Shown one piece after another: positions 25,701 to 39,100 of a stretch of 64,000 nucleotides of DNA; position 1 is the first letter of the stretch, and every line of letters begins with the position of its first letter. The position numbers and the translations under genes were made by a program. This stretch comes from Lama glama (lineage: Eukaryota): assembly GCA_028534125.1 (NCBI GenBank), contig CM052818.1, positions 8,124,001 to 8,188,000 of the forward strand, in the 5' to 3' direction. Below the pieces are notes generated by a model. That model saw nothing but the letters and a program-made list of their open reading frames with translations. It was not told the DNA's origin and did no database searches.

Positions 25701-26919
25701 GTGGGCAAGTAATAAAGCTTGCTAATCCCCCCTGCTCTTCCTCATTACATCCCATTTCCACTGAATATACAATGAATCAATATGCTTCCTAGAACAAAAA
25801 ATAAACACAACTGCCTCTGATCTTCCACAGTTAAAAGGGGTTCAGGCAGAAACTGGAGATACTATTAAGAAGGGCCAAGGAGGAGACAGGACAACAGTCA
25901 TCAAACAGAGCATGGAAATTTTAAAGTATTTCAGGTTCTGGAGCTATCAGCTCATATTAAATAATAATAACCCTTGTTTGTTTGAATTTTAATTATTTTT
26001 GCTATTTCCCTAACAAAACTTTTATAATCTATAATTATTAATAATTAATATTCCATATTTCTCATAAGTTTTATTTGAATCTCATTATATTTTATAGCAT
26101 CATATTTCACAATATAAGAGACCAGAGAACAACTTGTTTATCTGCTTGTTTCTCAAGTCAGAAAAAAATGAGTTATATCTATGTAAATCTCAGCATTTAG
26201 AAGAAATAAACTTTCATTCCAAAATCCTGTGCAAATTACATGTTTGTGACATTCTTTTCTCTCAAGATTTTAAAGTTTCTAATAAATGTAATTAAACTGA
26301 AGTTTGTTCTTATATATCTTAGCCTAAAATTAAACGTTTACAAAGAAAATCCTCACTCTCACCTCAGGAAGAGACAGTTTGATTGTGGTAAGAGTAGAAA
26401 AGCAGTATCTAAAAAATATTTAGAAACTATTTATTATTATCATTTTACAACACCTTAGAATTTTTTCCAAAACTCACAAATACTAGACTTTTGTAATAAT
26501 GCAACATTTGACTTCTCATTGTTCATCTAAGAAACATAAAAGTATAATTATATGATTTATTAATTACTCTTATCCTGCTCTATTCTCCATAGCCCCATAC
26601 TTTTTATGTAACACAATAAAGTAAAAAATTATGAGAAACGTATTTCCTAAGCCATCATTTCCCTGCACTCAGCTGCACCTCATCTGGTTACGTTTATCAC
26701 TGAAGCTTACACTGAAGTCCTCCCCAGGCTCTGTGCCTCAGCTCCTCTTAGGTACAACAGCACCTCACATGAGGAAGATCCCAGCAGGCGAAATCCCTGC
26801 TGTTTGAGAATATTTTCTCATCAGAACAAAAACAGTAACACATAAGTAAATTAAGCAGACTGCTCTCTCCTTTTATATAATTTTGTTCACAAGTAACATA
26901 TAAAATTTCTTCCTTATAG

Positions 26920-26983
26920 GTACCAGCGATTTGAAAAGGCATTTCTGTTAGCTGTTGACATTGGTGCTCGTGACCTGTTCATG
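26920..26983 (+). CDS. WDPCP: WDPCP (fritz) internal coding exon, 64 nt; probably equivalent to human exon 13
   Basis: ttcttccttatag|G TAC CAG CGA TTT GAA AAG GCA TTT CTG TTA GCT GTT GAC ATT GGT GCT CGT GAC CTG TTC ATG|gtgagt = (R)YQRFEKAFLLAVDIGARDLFM. Recognised as the WDPCP C-terminal region. Ends in phase 0, matching the next exon. Confidence 0.95.
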
Positions 26984-27446
26984 GTGAGTCATTCCCAGAG
27001 ATGATTTTGTGCCTTCAGTTCTAAGGCTGAGTAAGTTGTCAGCTTTTGTGACCATTAAAAAGGATTAGTGTCATTTGTGCCTTAGACACATGGTGGGAAA
27101 GCATTATTCCATCTTGGCTTGCAGCTTTGCCTTCATGAAACTGGTCAATAGCCATCTAGTCTCTTTTGACTTGTTGACATTTTTCCTTGCCAGGCCCCAA
27201 AGGATTTTTTATGTTTGCTAAGAATTTATAATTCTTGGACTTTTCTACTCATGTACCTTGATGTGAGGGGATGACACCTTTCTATCTAACAAGCTTAAAT
27301 GTCTTTCTAATCCATTTTCTGAAGAAGCACAGCTTCAGAAACCAGGACATAGGGGAAAACATGTTCCCTAGATCTTGAATGTGGTCAGTTTGTCCCTTAG
27401 ATTTTACTGAGAAGTAACATATTGTTAATGTCTCACTTGTATTTTT

Positions 27447-27885
27447 TTGTGTATGTATGTGTGTGTATATATATATACACACACACACACAAAGTATATA
27501 TATATTTATTGAAGTATATAGTCAGTTTACAGTGTGTCAATCTCTGGTGTACAGCCTAATTCTTCAGCCATACAAGAACATACGTATATTCATTTTCATA
27601 CTCTTTTTACTACAAGACACTGAATATAGTTCCCTGTGCTATACAGTATAAACTTGTTGTTATCTATTTTATATATATTAGTATCTGCAAATCTCAAGCT
27701 CCCAGTTTATCCCTTCCCACCCCCTCCCCCCACCCCAACCATAAGTTTGTTTTCTGTGTTTGTGAGTCTATTTCTATTTTATAAATAAGTTCATTTGTCT
27801 TTTTTTTAGATTCTACATGTAAGTGATATATGGTATTTTTCTTGATCTTTCTGGCTTACTTCACTTAGAATGACAATCTATATAG
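27447..27885 (-). mobile_element. 5'-truncated L1 3' end with microsatellite tail
   Basis: L1 3'UTR; TSD tcacttg(t/c)attttt at 27433-27446 and 27886-27899, followed by aa (TTTT/AA site). Confidence 0.85.
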
Positions 27886-29618
27886 TCACTTGCATTTTTA
27901 AAGTAACCACAGTGCAAGGTGGATCCAAGAGGATATAAATTTGCATACACTTTAGTCCTCCACTTATTAGCTACAGAACAGTAAAATCCACCAGTTTCTT
28001 ACAGATCCTTGTGCTCTGTATCAGGTTCTTCTTTTGTTAGTTCTTTCACCACAGTGTCACAGTGAGATGAGATAAACAAAGGTGGGGTTCTTTCCCTGGT
28101 TTTCCAGCGTATTCTGCTCCACAGCGGTTTCACTGTTTGTCAAAGAAATAAAGCAAAAGCTTCTTGAAAACAACAAAAACTTCTGGAAGGTTCTTACCTG
28201 AATCTTCTGCACAATGAAGACATTTTGTAATTTAAATTAAGCTTTGATGTGTTATATGTTAATATGGGTTCATGACATTAGGTCACTTGTCTTTGGAATG
28301 AATTTGTTATTTAAACTCTAACTTGGCATCATTGAATTAAACTGTGCTTTCATTGATCATGAAACGATCTAATTACTTCAGAATTTTTAACCTTTTTTTG
28401 GTTTATCATCTGTATTTTATGTCAAATTGAGCAGGCATGTTAGTATATTGAGGTAATGTTTTGTTATTTTCACCAAAATCTATACATGCAGACATCTCTG
28501 TCAGAAATTTAATTACAACACTTTTTAGATTTTCTCACCCCAGTGACTTCCCTCTTTATCTTCACCTTCTCACGTCTGCCACTACTTACCAGAAAAGGTA
28601 ATTTTCTTTATTTAAAAAAAAAAATTTTTATGTCTATAGTCCCAATCTTTTCTTCTAGCCAAGATAAGAACAGAAGAGATGAATATGTAAGTGTTTAATG
28701 TCTAGCAAAGTTTCTCTCACAATGTATTATTATATTACCCTGTAATTTCTACTGCTTTGAATGTTAATTAATGCATAATCATCAAAGCCATCTTATAAAC
28801 ATTTTTTCAAATCATACCTGTTTCAGCATTTAGTCTCAGTTTAGTCAGTAGCAATGTAAAGGAAGTCTCCTTGTTAGTTTAAATCCAAATAGCTTTTCTA
28901 CTGATAAGCTAATCCTAACTCTAACCCTAACCCATACGGATGTTTATGAGTAAAAGATAAAAACCTAAAATAAGGAAAGGAGAGAAATAGTTTTATTTTC
29001 CTTTTTATTGGTAAAAGTGAACACTCATTAGTAAGAATGCTGCATCCTTATTCTTCATAAGTAACTTTCCTTATTTATAGGTCAAGGTCTGCCTTAAGGA
29101 AGTCTTAAGAGCCTTAAGAGAGCATTAAGCCTTAAGCAAAGCTCCTTTTAGCTCATGAATCTATTATAATTTGAAACTCTACACTGAAACTGTCTAAAGA
29201 ATTTATCATGTGTTCTAATAGTTCAGTTATTACTATTTAAATTATTATTTAGCCAGAGATCTATAGGTCTAGCCCATATACTGAGAAATGTTACGTCTTT
29301 GAACTTAAAAGTTTACAAACAGGATTATTCCTACCTATAAATTATCCTCTATCCCTGAGATATCTCTTCCTTTAAGACTAAAAATATTACCACATTGAAC
29401 ACAAAGGGATAACCACATACATGTAACAGTTAACCTGAAAACAGTCTTTTGCATTAGTGGCTATCAGTGATGGAGAGATGAAGGACATGTAGCATGATAT
29501 TAACAGGACTTGAATATTAAAAAGTCAGTATGAGGGTACTGGACCTAAGGAAATGGGCCTGAAAGGACTCACCTCTTTGTCTGCTTTACACAGTAGCCTA
29601 AGTGATCATTGTCTGAAC

Positions 29619-29962
29619 TAGGAGTCAGCAAAATATGGCCTATCAGCCACATCTAGCCCAGAAGTAGTTTTTTACAGTTTTAAATTTTTTACAGTTTTAC
29701 ATCTTTGCAAAAAAAAACTAAAGAAAAGTAGTATTAAAACATAAAATATGTGATATTAAAAATATGATATTCAGATTCAAATTTCAGTGTCCATAAAGGA
29801 AGTGTTATTGGAACACAGCCAAACTCATTTGTTTATGTACTGTATATGACTGCTTTCACCCTATAGTGGCAGAGTTGAGGGTCTGCAAGAGACCATATGG
29901 CTTGTATAAAGGCTAAAGTATTTACTGTCTGGCTCTTCACAGAAAAAGTTTGCAGATCCCCG
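29619..29962. mobile_element. MER58B-like hAT-Charlie MITE
   Basis: ggagtcagcaaaatatggcc ... aaaaagtttgcagatcccc; 8-bp TSD gtctgaac / gtcaaaac. Confidence 0.85.
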
Positions 29963-30184
29963 GTCAAAACAATCATAATTTGTATTTTCACTCCTTAAAA
30001 CCTGTTAGCAGCTTCTCATTGCCTTTGGCATAAATTCTAACTCCTTAATATGGCATCTAAGGCCACTCCATTGTCACCTCTCTGCTTCCCAGCTACATCA
30101 ACCCTCTTAGTTTAGAGAAATATACTGTACTCCTTACTACATCCAGACCGTATTAAGCAGTTTAGGTTTATTCTTACCCCAAGT

Positions 30185-30385
30185 CAGCAAGGTGTAATGA
30201 TTAGGTACATGGAATTTGGGCCATAAGTTCCCTTCAAGATCAGTAACTTTGGAGTTTTTTAAAATGTAAATGAGATAATACACTACCTACTCATAAGGTT
30301 ATTTTTGAGTCTCAGTGGAGATAATGTTTTGAAAGTGCTTTGTAAGCTGGGAAATACTGTTCAGATATCATGTGTCATTACTATT
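30185..30385 (+). mobile_element. MIR SINE
   Basis: tgtaaatgagataatacactacctactcataaggttattttt...aaagtgctttgtaag. Confidence 0.6.
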
Positions 30386-30993
30386 AAGACAGAGCAGATA
30401 CTGCTTTTGCATGCCAATTGCAAGAAACAATGAAGACCTCAAACGGCCTGAACTACATGAATGTAAAAGAGAGGATATTTTGTAAGCAAAATCAATTATT
30501 TAGTAAGCCCTTAGATGAAAATAAAATATTTTGATTATGAGAATAAATAATATAATAAAAATACCATAAAGTATAAAGAACAAAGTAGAAAATCACTTGA
30601 AATCTTCTTATTCAGAAATGAACATCCTTTAAAATACCTCTATAAAAATATACACATACACTAAAGTTTTTATTTATAACTAGATTTTTTCCTTTCAACA
30701 GTGTGACAGAGGCAGTTTTCCATATCAATAAACATAGATCTATATCACCACTTTAATGTTTACATTGTATTCCATTTTACAGGTAGTACTGGCAAAAAAG
30801 CAGGCACACAGACCAGTGAAACAGAATAGAGAGCCTAGAAGTAAACCCATACATACACAGTCAAGTAGTCTTTGACAACAGCACTAATGGGGAGAGGATA
30901 GTCTCTTCAGTGAATGGTGGTGAGAAAACTGGATATCCACATGTAAAAGAATGAAACTGGGCCCTCTCACAAAATTACCTTACACCAAGGCAT

Positions 30994-31081
30994 GGGAGGG
31001 TATAGCTCAATGGTAGAGTGCATGCTTAGCATTCACGAGGTCCTGGGTTCCTTCAATCCCCAGCACCTCTGTTAAAAAAAA
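30994..31081 (+). mobile_element. tRNA-derived SINE (Vic-1-like, short form)
   Basis: gggagggtatagctcaatggtagagtgcatgcttagc...poly(A); 17-bp TSD aaaattacct(t/c)acacca. Confidence 0.9.
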
Positions 31082-31336
31082 AAAATTACCTCACACCACT
31101 CACAAAAATTAACTCAAAATGAATGACTTAATAGACTTAAATGTAATACCTGAAACCATAAAACTTTTAGAAGAAAACACTGAGAAAAAAAACCTTGACA
31201 TTGGTCTTGGCAGTAATTTTTTGGGTACGACACCAAAAGTATAGGCAACAAAAGCTAAAGTAAATAAATGGGACTACTACATCAAACCAAAAAGCTTATA
31301 TCCAGCAAAGGAAACAATCAAGGAAATGAAAAGGCA

Positions 31337-31940
31337 CTAGGAATAGACTTACCATATGACCCAGTAATCCCACTCCTGGGCTTATATCTAGAAGAAATCC
31401 TACTTCAAAAAGACACCTGCACCCCATGTTCACAGCAGCACTATTTACAGTAGCCAAGACATGGAAACAGCCTAAATGTCCACTGACAGATGACTGGATA
31501 AAGAAGATGTGGTATACTTATACAATGGAATACTATTCGGCCATAAAAATGACAACGTAATGCCATTTGCAGCAACATGGATGTCCCTGGAGAATGTCAT
31601 TCTAAGTGAAGTAAGCCAGAAAGAGAAAGAAAAATACCATATGGGATTGCTCATATGTAGAATCTTTAAAAAAAAAAAANNNNNNNNNNNNNNNNNNNNN
31701 NNNNNNNNNNNNNNNNNNNNNNNNNNNNNNNNNNNNNNNNNNNNNNNNNNNNNNNNNNNNNNNNNNNNNNNNNNNNNNNATAGCACAGGGAAATATATAC
31801 AAGATCTTGTGGTAGCTTATGGTGAAAAAGAATGCAACAATGAATATATGTATGTTCACGTATAATTGAAAAATTGTGCTCTACACTGGAATTTGACACA
31901 GCATTGTAAAATGACTATAAATCAATAAAAATGTTAAAAA
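31337..31940 (+). mobile_element. young lineage-specific L1 3' end (contains a 100-N gap)
   Basis: Perfect 13-bp TSD aaatgaaaaggca at 31324-31336 and 31941-31953; MPFAATWMSLENVILSEVSQKEKEKYH. Confidence 0.9.
31680..31779. other. assembly gap (100 N)
   Basis: N run. Confidence 1.
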
Positions 31941-32759
31941 AAATGAAAAGGCAATCTATGGAATGGGATAAAATATTTGCAAATCATATATCTGATTGGG
32001 ATAAATATCCAGAATATATAATGAATTCAGACAATTCAATAGCAAAAATTCAAGTAATCCAATCTTAAAAATATGCAAAAGAGGACCTTAAGAGACATTT
32101 TTCCAAAAAAGACATACAAATGGCCAGCAGGTACAGAAAAAGGTGCTCAAAATCAGCACTTGTCTGGAAAATATCAATCAAAACCCAGTGAGATAGCACT
32201 TCACACCTGTTAGGATGGCTTTTATCACGAAAGACAAGAGATTACAGATATTGGCAAGGATGTGGGAAAAAAGGAATCTTGTAAACTGTTGCTGGGATTA
32301 TAAAGTGACACAGCCATTATGGAAAACAATATGGAAGTTCTTTAAAAGATTAAAAATAGAAGTACCATGTGATCTAGCATTCCCACTTCTGGATATGTAT
32401 CCAAAGGAAACAAAATCAGTATTGTGAAGAGATACATGTACCTCCATGTCCACTGAAGCATTACTCCCAATAGCCAAGATATGGAAACAACTTAAGTGCC
32501 CACTGACAGAACTGGATGCAGAAAATGTGCCGTATATATTTATACAATGGAATATTATTCAACCATAAAAATAAAGGAAACTTTGCCATTTGCTGTAACA
32601 TGGATAAACCTGGAGGGCATTATGCTAAGTGAAATAAGCCAGACAGAGAAAGACAAATACTGTGTGGCATCAGTTATATCTGGACTCTTACAAAGGAAAA
32701 GCTGACCTCATAAAAATATAGACTAGAATGATAGTTTCCAAGGGCTGGTTAGTGCTCTT

Positions 32760-34760
32760 TGTGTAGTGTTTTTAAAACCTTTTTTTAACCCAGAGTTCTT
32801 GGAAGTATTCTCCTCTTTTATCTTCTAGAAGTTTTATTATTTAAATGCTTAAACATTTAAACCTGTAGTTTACCTTGGTATGGCTCAAAATTAATTTCTA
32901 TCATATATATAACAAGTTGACCTATGAACAGTTATTGACAAGACTGTCATTTGCTTGCTGCTATATACAGCCACCTTTGTCATCAATCAGGTGCCCACAT
33001 ATATGTTTAGGCCTACTACTAGACTCTGTATCCTTGCACCAATGCCAAACTGTCTTAATTACTATTCATTGTAAGTATTTATATCCAGTAGTGTAAATCT
33101 TCCAACTTTGTTTAAATCTGTTGTTCTTATTCTAACTTCCTGTGGTAGATGCTTAAATCATGGGTTTTTCAGCCTTTATTTTCCAATGCATGCATTCAAG
33201 GGTATAATTTCCATTCAAGCATAGTTTTGACTGCGTTCTGACAATTTTTATATCTCTTATTTTTCATTATCATTCAATTCAAAATATTTCTAACATTTTA
33301 GTTGTGAATTCGTCTTTGCCCATGGTTTCTTAAATGTAATTTCAGTTAATTTCAAACAGTGAAGTATTTTCTTGGCACACACACAAACACACCCTTTAAT
33401 CTATACTGTATTGTATCACTTCTTTGAAATTTGTTGAAACTTCCTTTATGGCTCATTATATGGTCAATAGTAAAATTTCCATGTTCACTGAAAAGAATGT
33501 GTACTCTGTGGTTTGCAATTGTTGGGTGCAGTATTCTATATAAAACCGTGTTTGTTAGTCATGTTGTTCAATTCTTCTATAACTTCACTGCGACTGGTGT
33601 ACTGAAATTTTCCACATGAAATTGTGGTCTTGTCTGTTTGTCTTTTTTTGTTATTTTATGTGTTATAAGCCTGTGTAATTGTATGTGTGCCAATTTAAAC
33701 TATTATATCTTCTAGGTATATTGTGCTTTTATCATTATGAAACATTCTATTTTCTAGAAATGCTTGCCTTAAAACCTACTGCATCTAACAGTTACCTTCA
33801 CCAGCTTTATTTTGGTTTGTATTATATCCTTCATATATTATGTATTCATGTTTCCTTATATTTAAGTTGTATATCTTATAAGCAATATATAGTTGGACAT
33901 TTTTAATCAACTCTCACAAGCTTTGTCTTTTAACTGGATTATTCAATTGAAGTATAACATAAATAATAGTACAACTGTGCTTGTTTCTTTTCTATATGTC
34001 CCGTTTATTCTGTCTTTTTATCCAACCATCTTTGCCCTTTTTTGTATTAACTATATTTATTCTATTTTTCTCTTTTATTAGCTTCTTACTTTTTTCCCTC
34101 CAGCTTTTTCCCTTGACTAATGTCCTTGTGGTCAGCCTTATTGTTGTTGTTTTGGGGTCATTTGGTCTTATCTCTTTCTTCTTTTTTAAAAACCTGAATG
34201 CTGGGCATATGATTTTTTAAATTAGTGACTATTTTAGGCTATATATGATTATATTTTCCTCTAGAAAGAATTTACTTTCGTTTCTGGCAAATAGTTGGGT
34301 AAGGGTTAAACAACATCTTATTCTATCCTGGAATTGAGTTTATATAAAGCTGAGTTTCAGTCTGAGAGCTGGTTTATTTGCACATTATACTTCTATCAAG
34401 AGTGTAGCCCTTCAGGAGTCCCGGTTGAAAGCTCTGCCTCCTCTTCATTAGGCCCTAAAGTTTAACTTTGTTCCCTTAGCCCAGTAACTCTACCTAAAAC
34501 TCTGTGCAGTTTCTTAACTTTTCAAACACTACTTTCTGCTAAGTTTCTCAGCCTCTTGGCCACAAATTACAAATTGGCAAACGCTTCGAAAAGCAAAAGG
34601 CAGCACCAAATGTCAGGCTTACCTCTCTAGGCTATGCTATTGTCTAGGATCTTGGTCAAATACTGTTTTAGTGGTTCTCTAGTGTATTCAAACAGAATTT
34701 TTGAAATTATTTTATCCAGCTCTTAGCTAGAGTATTGGTCTGATACATCCTTATCTGGAT
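32760..34760 (-). mobile_element. ancient L1M fragments
   Basis: T-rich antisense L1-like motifs (catgttcactgaaaagaatgtgtactctg...). Confidence 0.6.
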
Positions 34761-35269
34761 AACTGGAATCAGAAGTTCTGCAGCATATTTGTGGATGGTG
34801 AGTGAAGTGTTAAATTTGGCACTAGCTGCTTTCCAATTCTGTTACTCCCTGCAATGTGCTATTATGTTTGAACTGTTAATCACTAAGAACCTTAAATGTC
34901 ATAAATTCTACTTTTTAAGTATGACATGTTATCAAGGTGGGTCAAATAAAATTTTATAAAATGCTGCATACTGGGGTTTGTTGCTCAAAGTAAAAGCACT
35001 AAAGAGAAAAACCTATTTTTTCCCCAATTTTAACTCATTTTCAAGAAAGTAAAAAAATGTTTTCAGCTCTTCAAGTTGAATTGTTTTAATCTTGTAAAGT
35101 TAATAATGCAGGTCTTTCCTTTGGATAACAGTAGAAGATATTTGTGTTTCTGCCTCCTTTCATTTACAGTCTGTCTCGCTCTAGGGCATGCAAGTTCTTT
35201 ATGTTTATCAGGAACAAAATCATTACATCTCAAGAAACTTAAGGAATTAACTTTTCCTGATCATCTACA

Positions 35270-35450
35270 AAGTTCTAGGCATTACACCAGAAGCTTTATG
35301 TAAGCTATCTTATTTGATTCTCCTAGTAATCCTAATCAATAGAATTATTATACCTATTTTATAGTTGATAAAACTGATTATAAGGAAAACTACAAATCAT
35401 GATTTAAACTCAGATGTGTTTGACTCTAAAATCCATCTCATTTCTAGTTA
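35270..35450 (-). mobile_element. MIR SINE (decayed)
   Basis: attattatacctattttatagttgataaaactga...gatttaaactcagatgtgtttgactctaaa. Confidence 0.6.
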
Positions 35451-36139
35451 AACCAAACTGTTTATATAAACTAGAAGTCTGTAAGTTCCTCAAAGCTTGG
35501 CAATTCATGACTTGATGACTACCTATAACTGAATTTAAGAAAACTATTCTTTCCCTTTTATTCTTAACCAAAATTCACAAGGATTTCAGTAGACTGCTTA
35601 CTGCAGAATAACATCCGATCTAGCTTGAATGATTTACAGAACACCCCAGTTTATTAGTAAGATGATTCGTCCAAATTAAATGCTCCTAAAATTAGCCTGT
35701 AATAAAAGGAAAAGTCTACTGTGTGCAGTCAATATAACAAGGATCACAGAAAGTCCCACCAATTGCCTATTTCCCTATTTTCTGATTCCTGGCTCCAGGA
35801 ATGAATACTTTCACACGTTTAGGCATGATTTTCTTTGAGATAGATGTGGTTATGCTAGACATCATATACTGACAGATCTTCTAGGACCGTGAGTCTACTC
35901 TTTGAGGACCTAACTACATCTTGGGAGACACAAAGAAGAGTTGTATCTTAGGGTGTCATGTGAATTGCCAGGTGTAACACTTTTCTAAGTGTCCATCCAC
36001 AATTTCATGCCTTTTAGAAAAACATCAGCTTCTCATTGCTCCCTATAGGTCAAGGTTGTTTCCTACTAAAACCCAAACAAAGAGGAATAATGATATAATT
36101 AATATTGGCTCAATTGTTTTAAAATATTACTGGTAAGGC

Positions 36140-39100
36140 AAGAGGGACCTTCCACTTCCAGCTAATGGACAGATTGGTTTTCAGACTTGCCCTCCTACTA
36201 TCAAATTGGACAGAATGTATCAGACAACTGTATTTAGGCACTGGAAAATAAGCACAGCAAGACTGCAGTCCTCAAAAAAATGAAGAATACACAGATGAGC
36301 TCTGTATACAATTTTCAGAGCAGAGACCAGTGATGTCACTCAGCTGAAGAGCCAAAGATAAGAGTTCAGAATCTGGGGATGATGAGGAGTCTAGAATTAG
36401 TAGGGCAGGATACCAGAAAGAAAAAAATATGTGTGAGGAGTGGGGTCCCAGCAGACTTCATATGGTTCCCTTTTTATCCTTGAGGGAAGGCTAGGCCACA
36501 AATAGCCAAGGCCTATCAAAGAGCCACTGCTATGACACTGAGAGCTGAATGAAAAGGTTGCACAGTGCTGAGAAATGCTGTAATTCTGTCTCAGCCAAGG
36601 TGAAACAACCTCACTAAGCATTTATCTGAAACCTCAGAAAAGGCATGCTGTAAGAATAAAGGCCATATCCTAAGACTGAACAAAAGTGAAATAAATCTAG
36701 CTTTAAATATCATAGAACCAACCTGACAGGATCAAAAGAATCCACCATTTAATATCTTGCTAGTACAAAACTTAATATCCTTTAGAGAAAGACAATATAA
36801 CCCAAACTTCCTATAATGTGACATCCACAATGTCCAGCATACAGTAACACATTACTAAGTGTGTGAAGAAGCAGGAAAATGTGATGTATAATGAAGATAA
36901 AAGGGAACTAATACTAACAGACCCCACAAGTTGACCCAGATGTTGAAATAAGCAGACAAGAACTTTGGAGCAGCTGTTGTAAATATGTTCAAGGAGTTTA
37001 AAGGAGAACAACAACATAATGACTGACATAGGGATTCTAAGCAGAGAGAATAAAAACTATTAAAAAGAGGTGGGGAGAAATTCTAGAACTCAAAAATATA
37101 AAATCTGAAGTGAAAAATTCTACTTAGCACAATATTGGACACTATGGTAAAGGATCAGTGAATTTTAAGATAGTTCAATAGAGATCTTCCAATTTTAATA
37201 ATAGAAAGAAAAAAATTTCGCAAAAAATGAACAAACCCTCAGTAACTTGTGAGACAAAATCAAGTGGTCTAAAATACATGTAACTGGTTAAAAAAAAATT
37301 AGTCTACAGATCCAAGAAACTCGGTGAACTCCAAATAGAAGAAGGCTTTGCCTGGGTATACAGCATCTTGGCACAGTATATCCAAACTACTGAAAACCAA
37401 TGATGAAGAGAAAAATCTTTAAAATATCCAGAAAATAAACCAAAGAATAACATAAAAGGATCCACAAGTAATATGAATTATGGCAGACTGGTCATCAGAA
37501 GTAATAATACCAAGAGATAATGCAACATCTTTAATGTACTGAAAAAAATCAAAACTCTCAACAAAAAATTTTATATCTAGTGAAAATTATCTTAAAATGA
37601 GAATAAAGTAAAGACACTTTTCAAAAAATGAAAGGTGAGACAACTCAGCATCAGCAGACCTGCACCACAAGAAAAGTTAAAGGAAGTTCTTCAGGCAGAA
37701 CAAATAGAATACCAAATGGAAACTTGTATCTACATAAAAGAACGAAGAGTTCTGGAAATGGTAAATGAGGATTAAAAATAAAGGGTTTTTTTTCTTATGT
37801 AACAATTTCTTTAAAAGATAATTATTTAAAGCAAAAATACCAGTAATACATTATGGTATTTATGAAATGAATGCCATTAACATCACAGGGGGTTGAGGTA
37901 AATGAAATTATACTGTTGTAAAGTTCCTACTTTTCTCCTGAAGTGCTATAATATTAATTCTAAGATGTGATAAGTTAATTACTTATTGTAGTGCCTACAG
38001 GATTTTCTTAAATATTTAAATAGATAATGCAACTAAAGTTAATAGAGGAAATTAAAAAAAACTTAAAAAATACTCAACCCAAAAGAGGGCAGTACAGAAG
38101 AACAAATAGAAAACATAGCAAGATGGCATACTTAAACCCAAACATTTTTAATTACATTAAGTTCACATTAACTGGACACTCCAATTAAAAAGCAGAGATT
38201 GAATTTTTTAGTCTGAAATTGTTAGACTGGATAAAAAGTAAGACCTAATTATACTCTTGTCTACAAGAAACACTTTAGTTATGACACAAATAAATTGAAA
38301 TTAAAAATACATACAAACAATAAGTACCAGAGAAAGTAGACTTCAAGACAAAGGAAGTATTATGAGATAAAGAAGGACACTTGTGATGATGAAAGTTCAG
38401 CAGAAAGACGTAATTATAAATGTTTATGTACAAAATAACTGACTTTCAAATATATGAAGTGAAAGCTGACAACAAAAAGAGAAACAAATGTATTAATTCA
38501 TACAATAAGTAGTAAGAAAAAAATCCTAAAAGATAGATTATGTGAACCTATCCATCAACTTAACATGACAGTGTTTGAACTGTATCCAACAAGTACAGAA
38601 TGTACATTCTTTTCAAAATGTGTACAGAATATTCACCAAACCTAGACTATATGCTGGTTCATAAAATAAAGCACAATATACTTTAGAACACTGAAATATG
38701 ACACCAAAGGAATTAAATTACAAGTCAATAACATTCAGATATCTACAAAGTCCCCAGCTGTTTCCATATTAAACAGTACTTCTCTAAAAATCTCATATAT
38801 CAAAGAAGAAATCACAAGAGAAATTAGAAAATATTTTGAATTGAATTTTAAGGAATATATCAGAATGTATGGGATGATCATCATTTTATTGCACCTCACT
38901 TTATTATGCTTTACAGACACCAAATTTCTTTTACAAATCAAAAGTTTGTTGCAGTCCTACAACCAGCAAGACTACCACGCCATTTTTCCAACAGCATTTG
39001 CTCACTTCATGGCTCTGTGTCTTGTTTTGGAAATTCTTGCAATATTTCAAACTTCTTCATTATTATTATATTTGTTATGGTGACCTGTGATCATTGACCT

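Larger units (their letters stand above)
30790..32750 (+). mobile_element. L1 ORF2 3' region and 3'UTR hosting a SINE and a younger L1
   Basis: gaaacagaatagagagcctagaa...; ORFs 32215-32427 and 32496-32705 are the L1 ORF2 C-terminus. Confidence 0.9.

Noticed and set aside
30994..31070. tRNA gene-like A/B boxes (also 9640-9712, 16311-16385, 24395-24467)
   Set aside because: A-rich tails, and a TSD at the 30994 copy, show these are SINE retrocopies and not functional tRNAs
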